A stretch of DNA of 63,366 nucleotides, filler included, from Globobulimina sp. (taxonomy: Eukaryota), in assembly GCA_003354225.1 (NCBI GenBank). It is 38 parts of 38 records of this genome, joined end to end, with 100 filler letters (N's around TTAATTAATTAA, not from the genome) between each part and the next. Parts side by side here need not be neighbours in the genome. Positions count along the whole stretch, not along the records: positions 58,460 to 60,028 come from PIVH01014708.1; positions 60,129 to 61,697 come from PIVH01014709.1; positions 61,798 to 63,366 come from PIVH01014710.1; 35 more parts are not named here. The stretch is one strand, 5' to 3'. Made by a program: the position numbers and the translations under genes. The number at the start of each line of letters is the position of its first letter. Within the stretch, counting starts at the first letter, position 1. Under the pieces are notes generated by a model. It was not told the DNA's origin, made no database searches, and saw only the letters and a list, made by a program, of their open reading frames with translations. Positions 59,325 to 63,366 of the stretch are shown in pieces.

Positions 59325-59555
59325 CAACTCATGGACATCGCATGGCAACTCATTGTATAGCAATTCATGGACATCGAATAGCAACTCATTGTATAGCAAC
59401 CTATGGACATTATATAGCAACTCATAGACAAAGCGGTTGGAATGAGATTGCGCATTCCGCCATGATTAATGCGGTAAGAATGAGAGAGTACATTCCGTCA
59501 TGAATAAGGCGGTAGGAATGAGATGGCGCATTCCGTCATGACGGCGGTTGGAAAG
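59325..59555. repeat. Two minisatellites (atagcaactcatggacat-type; ~40-bp gcggtaggaatgagatggcgcattccgtcatga x3)
   Basis: Visible tandem units; the second has an internal ggaatg/cattcc hairpin. Confidence 0.8.
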
Positions 59556-59651
59556 AAGAGAGAGAGAAAACTCCGTCGTATATCAAGGCGGTTGTTTGTG
59601 TTTGTTTTTGTTTTTGTGTTTGTGTTTTTTTTTATTTTTGTACATGATATG

Positions 59652-60028
59652 TTTTTGTGGTGCATTTTAATATTAATTTTGTACATATCTCGTGATAACT
59701 GGCCATTGAGCTGTGGCTCTTTTCTGCGTTTTGTTCCCCTCACATTACTGCCACTGTAAGCATAACATCAATATGTACCATTAAGATTTTCCATAAATAT
59801 TAAGAAATTTCAATATGTTGATTCTGTCTATGAATTTATATACAAACTTCACTCGCCGTTTGTCCAAAGTAAAATAATCAAATATTTATGGAAAATCTTA
59901 ATGGTACATATTGATGTTATGCTTAAAGTGACAGTAATGAGAGGGGAACAAAACGCAGCAAAGAGCCACAGCTCAATTGCCAGTTATCACGAGATATGGA
60001 CAAAATAAATATTAAAATCCACCAAAAA
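59652..60028. mobile_element. Foldback element with ~150-bp imperfect inverted repeats
   Basis: 59652-59801 is the reverse complement of 59881-60028 with scattered mismatches; ~79-bp spacer. Confidence 0.85.
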
Positions 60029-60136
60029 NNNNNNNNNNNNNNNNNNNNNNNNNNNNNNNNNNNNNNNNNNNNTTAATTAATTAANNNNNNNNNNNNNNNN
60101 NNNNNNNNNNNNNNNNNNNNNNNNNNNNGGTTAACA

Positions 60137-60835
60137 ATGTCACAAACAATGTCTCCTGATTTTAAACCAAAAGCAACACCAACCAGTCAATGGAAAAAAC
60201 AAAGGCCAGCAGCAAGTCAACATCAACATGCACCATTCCATTGGGTTAAAAAACATGCCAAATTGAAGAGTATGGCTAAATATGGTGGTCCTGGTAAGTA
60301 TACAATGGAGCAAGTAAGTAAGCATAATAAGGTCGAAGATTGTTGGATTGTATTGAATGGCAATATATTTGATATTACGGAATATATACCATATCATCCC
60401 GGCGGTGATGATATATTGAAAGCAAAAGGAAAAGATGGCACCGTATTATTCTATCATTTGCATAGATGGGTTAATGTTGACGCATTGATTAAAAATTGTT
60501 GGATTGGACAGGTTCTAAATTATAAACCACCCAAAATGGATTCCATTGGAACACAGAGAAATTATAACAATAAAAATAAAAACAAAGCCAAAAAGAATGT
60601 GCCAATCAATCCAAATGATAGAAATAGACAAGAAACAATGTCCAGAACACGTAAACTCATCACACAGCGCAATGAAATTGCATCCAGGCTGGCAAACAAA
60701 AATAAAAAATCTAACGCGGATTCAAAGGACGGCAAAGAATCTAAAAAATCAGAAGTTGATCAAATAACAAATGACTTTGAGAAAACTAAATTCATTGAAA
60801 TAGAAAAAGAAGACAATTTGGACCAACTTGAATGA
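60137..60835 (+). CDS. Cytochrome b5-like heme-binding domain protein
   Basis: YTMEQVSKHN..DCWIVLNG.IFDITEYIPYHPGG..GKDGT..H.WVN. Confidence 0.88.
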   Translation: MSQTMSPDFKPKATPTSQWKKQRPAASQHQHAPFHWVKKHAKLKSMAKYGGPGKYTMEQVSKHNKVEDCWIVLNGNIFDITEYIPYHPGGDDILKAKGKDGTVLFYHLHRWVNVDALIKNCWIGQVLNYKPPKMDSIGTQRNYNNKNKNKAKKNVPINPNDRNRQETMSRTRKLITQRNEIASRLANKNKKSNADSKDGKESKKSEVDQITNDFEKTKFIEIEKEDNLDQLE

Positions 60836-60945
60836 TACCACTCAGTGAAAGGATAACAATATTTAAATTTAGAAAACTTCATTGTCAGAGAAACAAATCT
60901 TTTCTCTCAGCCTTCAGCTGAAAAAAGAAAAGCAAAAATGTCATT

Positions 60946-61697
60946 TTATAACTCAGACTTATCTCTATTCCTTCTTTTATTCCTTCTTTTTTGTTTCTCC
61001 TGCTCTTTCTTTCTATATTTGCGAGCTTGCGAATAATCCCAACCACCATACGAATCCAAATGTGTTTTCAAATCACTCCTTTCCTGCTCATTTAATTGAG
61101 GCAATTGCACATCGAAAGAAACATACAAATGTCCGCGAGTCGTAGCACCCGAACCAAATCGGGGCAAACCTTTCCTTTTTATTTGAAACGTATGCGAATG
61201 TGGCATTTCTTCAATCCATTCTTGTATCAACTCATTATCAATGGTCATGACTTCCAAATTAAATCCCAACAAGGCCTGTTCCAAAGTAATGCTAACATTT
61301 GTATACAAATCAGATTTATGAGATAATAGTCCCCGTTTATAATCATCATGTTCCGATGCATAGATCTCAAATGCAATGCCATTCTCTTCAATTACATGTC
61401 CATCCGGACATCCTTTGGGAATCTCTAATTCAATGTTTCCAAATCTTTTCACAGAAACACTTTGGAAGGAATCCTCCATTAAATTATCCAAATCAACATA
61501 CACTTTCTTTGCTTGTGTTTTTGCCTTTTTATCCGAACGCATATGTTGATGGTGCTGACCATACATATTCTGTTGCTGCTGTTGCTGTGGTCTGCCACCG
61601 CCACCAAATCCAAACTGTGGCCCACCACCACCACCGCCAGTACCAAAGGAAAAACCACCCGGAAATCCACCAGCATTGCCAGAGGATCCTCGATTAT
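60946..61697 (-). CDS. DnaJ/Hsp40 (G/F-rich + C-terminal domain), 5' partial
   Basis: GGFPGGFSFG, IPKGCPDG, SDLYTNVSITLEQALLGF, KGLP..RGHLYVSFDVQLP. Confidence 0.85.
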
Positions 61698-62167
61698 NNN
61701 NNNNNNNNNNNNNNNNNNNNNNNNNNNNNNNNNNNNNNNNNTTAATTAATTAANNNNNNNNNNNNNNNNNNNNNNNNNNNNNNNNNNNNNNNNNNNNACA
61801 AAATGCATTGAAAATAATGGTGACAACATGGTCTCTGTCAAATGTCATAATACATTGTTTAAGGAATTTATTAATACAGATTTGATATTCTTCATCATTC
61901 AAAGAATCACTCGCTTTTCGAAATTTTATAATTTCTTCCATTTTATTGTTATTGCGCTTGGTGATGGAGTTTGGCAGTTTGCTAAGGATGGAATAACTGA
62001 CAAAGCAGTAGACTTTTCTGAAATTTTTAAGAACAAAGTTTTTCACGCCATTCGCCAGTCCGCCACTGACAAGTGACAAAACAAAAAATATGTTTTACAA
62101 AAAAATAAAACATCCTCCACATAAACCAAATTATTAAATAAATCAAAAAATATACAAGAAAGAAAAT

Positions 62168-63226
62168 TTACAAAAATGAGGAGTTATTATAAGAAGTAAT
62201 AAATGGATAGTCGACGCCATAATATTTGTTCGAATATAAAATGCCAAACACAATCACTTGAAATGTATGCTGATAATATTTGTTCTTAAAATTGAGCAAT
62301 AAACCAATGAAAACAAGAAATGCTAAATCTAAATTATTGATAATCATCCAATACATCGCAGTCCACGAATACGTTAAAACCACCAAAGAGGCCAAATATA
62401 ATTCCATCGATCGTCTTTTTGTGATATATCCGCGGAATGACAACGTGTGCAAAAACATAGCAATCGTCGTTGAAAAACTTGCAACGAGCAACATCAAATA
62501 AATATCAATCTGTTCGCCACGATTTACCCGATCCATAAAACGGATATAATTTAAAAAATAACCAATAAAATGTTTGCTGAAAACATAAAAAGTCTTGACA
62601 AAATATGGGGAATGCACGAAAAAATGGAAGTCTTTTGCTGTTTTATTAATGTCATTGTATAAAGAATCCCGAAATGATGTTTTTGGGAATAAAGGACGCC
62701 AAACATATGGGAAAAAGATAAATGCGATGCGTATCATATTAGGAATGTATGAATTGATGAAATCTGAAAAATACCACCATTGAAAGCATAAAATCATCGC
62801 AAAAAACACATTCTCCACAATGAAGGCATAAGAAACACCAAATTTATCGCCCATGAATGCAGCGTCGATTTTTCTGGGTAAAAATGTGAAATAAAAACTT
62901 GCCGAAACCGACTGTAATAAGCCAAATAAGGGTAAACTGAAAACTAAAAAGGAATCAATGAATGAATCGCAATCATAAATGTAATAAATGCACGCTGCCA
63001 CATATTGCAAAATAAATAATAATCCGCCTAAGCGGTGCAATTCGAATTTACGCGAAAAAAATAAATGATAGGAACCAACCAAGAATCGATCGATTTTCAT
63101 GTCATAAACAAAGCTATTAATCATAGCAAATGCAATTAATAAAAATATTGAGATAACTCCAAACCAATCAGCTGCATGAGATGATGCATCGAGTGCTGAG
63201 GAACTTGTGTCATTCACTTCATTCAT
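62168..63226 (-). CDS. Multi-pass membrane protein of unknown function
   Basis: 352-aa ORF with many TM helices; LHRLGG and MFLHTL motifs. Confidence 0.65.
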   Translation of the reverse strand: MNEVNDTSSSALDASSHAADWFGVISIFLLIAFAMINSFVYDMKIDRFLVGSYHLFFSRKFELHRLGGLLFILQYVAACIYYIYDCDSFIDSFLVFSLPLFGLLQSVSASFYFTFLPRKIDAAFMGDKFGVSYAFIVENVFFAMILCFQWWYFSDFINSYIPNMIRIAFIFFPYVWRPLFPKTSFRDSLYNDINKTAKDFHFFVHSPYFVKTFYVFSKHFIGYFLNYIRFMDRVNRGEQIDIYLMLLVASFSTTIAMFLHTLSFRGYITKRRSMELYLASLVVLTYSWTAMYWMIINNLDLAFLVFIGLLLNFKNKYYQHTFQVIVFGILYSNKYYGVDYPFITSYNNSSFL

Positions 63227-63366
63227 CGTTAAACCACTTTGTTTGAATACTGTTAATTTGAACTCACCTGAGAAGGACTTTGGTTTGCGAACGAAGTGAT
63301 GCTGACAGTGTAAAGTAAGCGTTCAAGCTAAGTTCTTTATTTAATTAATTATTTATTATTGATATC

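Noticed and set aside
59432-59555. Palindromic ~40-bp repeats as a CRISPR array
   Set aside because: Units are adjacent and degenerate, with no unique spacers and no cas genes
1573-61797. Regularly spaced TTAATTAATTAA repeats and apparent gene neighbourhoods across them
   Set aside because: Artificial linkers between unrelated contigs; ORFs containing X or ending LIN are artefacts

Overview
This is not one locus. It is an artificial concatenation of 38 unrelated contigs of about 1.57 kb, joined by N-run/TTAATTAATTAA/N-run spacers, so adjacency across spacers means nothing. Most contigs come from an AT-rich eukaryote with short GT-AG introns (mostly 50-65 nt). The gene-family profile (SPRY/SAM/U-box, AIG1 GTPases, ART-like, caspase-like, Kelch) suggests a rhizarian, probably a foraminifer, though this is inference. 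Recognisable genes include PP2A-B56, Skp1-like, a prolyl carboxypeptidase, GH125, GH5 mannanase, EHD, Sec61gamma, an ICMT-like protein, a cold-shock protein, CSN2-like, cytochrome b5 and DnaJ. Ty3/gypsy and Penelope-like retroelement fragments are also present. Two contigs are prokaryotic (HD-GYP plus an IS481-like element; a phage-like gene run), and three contigs are bacterial/eukaryote chimeras. Best signals: (1) all three introns over 100 nt that I could define are mostly filled by a long stem-loop; (2) two families of dispersed tRNA-like elements, one a mascRNA-like mini-tRNA with a compensatory base change; (3) a modular MITE family with swappable TIRs and an 18-bp unit found in both orientations; (4) a stand-alone ZAR1-like zinc finger; (5) a Myb-caspase fusion; (6) a recurrent box-like module in Skp1-like, CSN2-like and SPRY-like proteins. 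All homology calls come from motif recall, not database searches.
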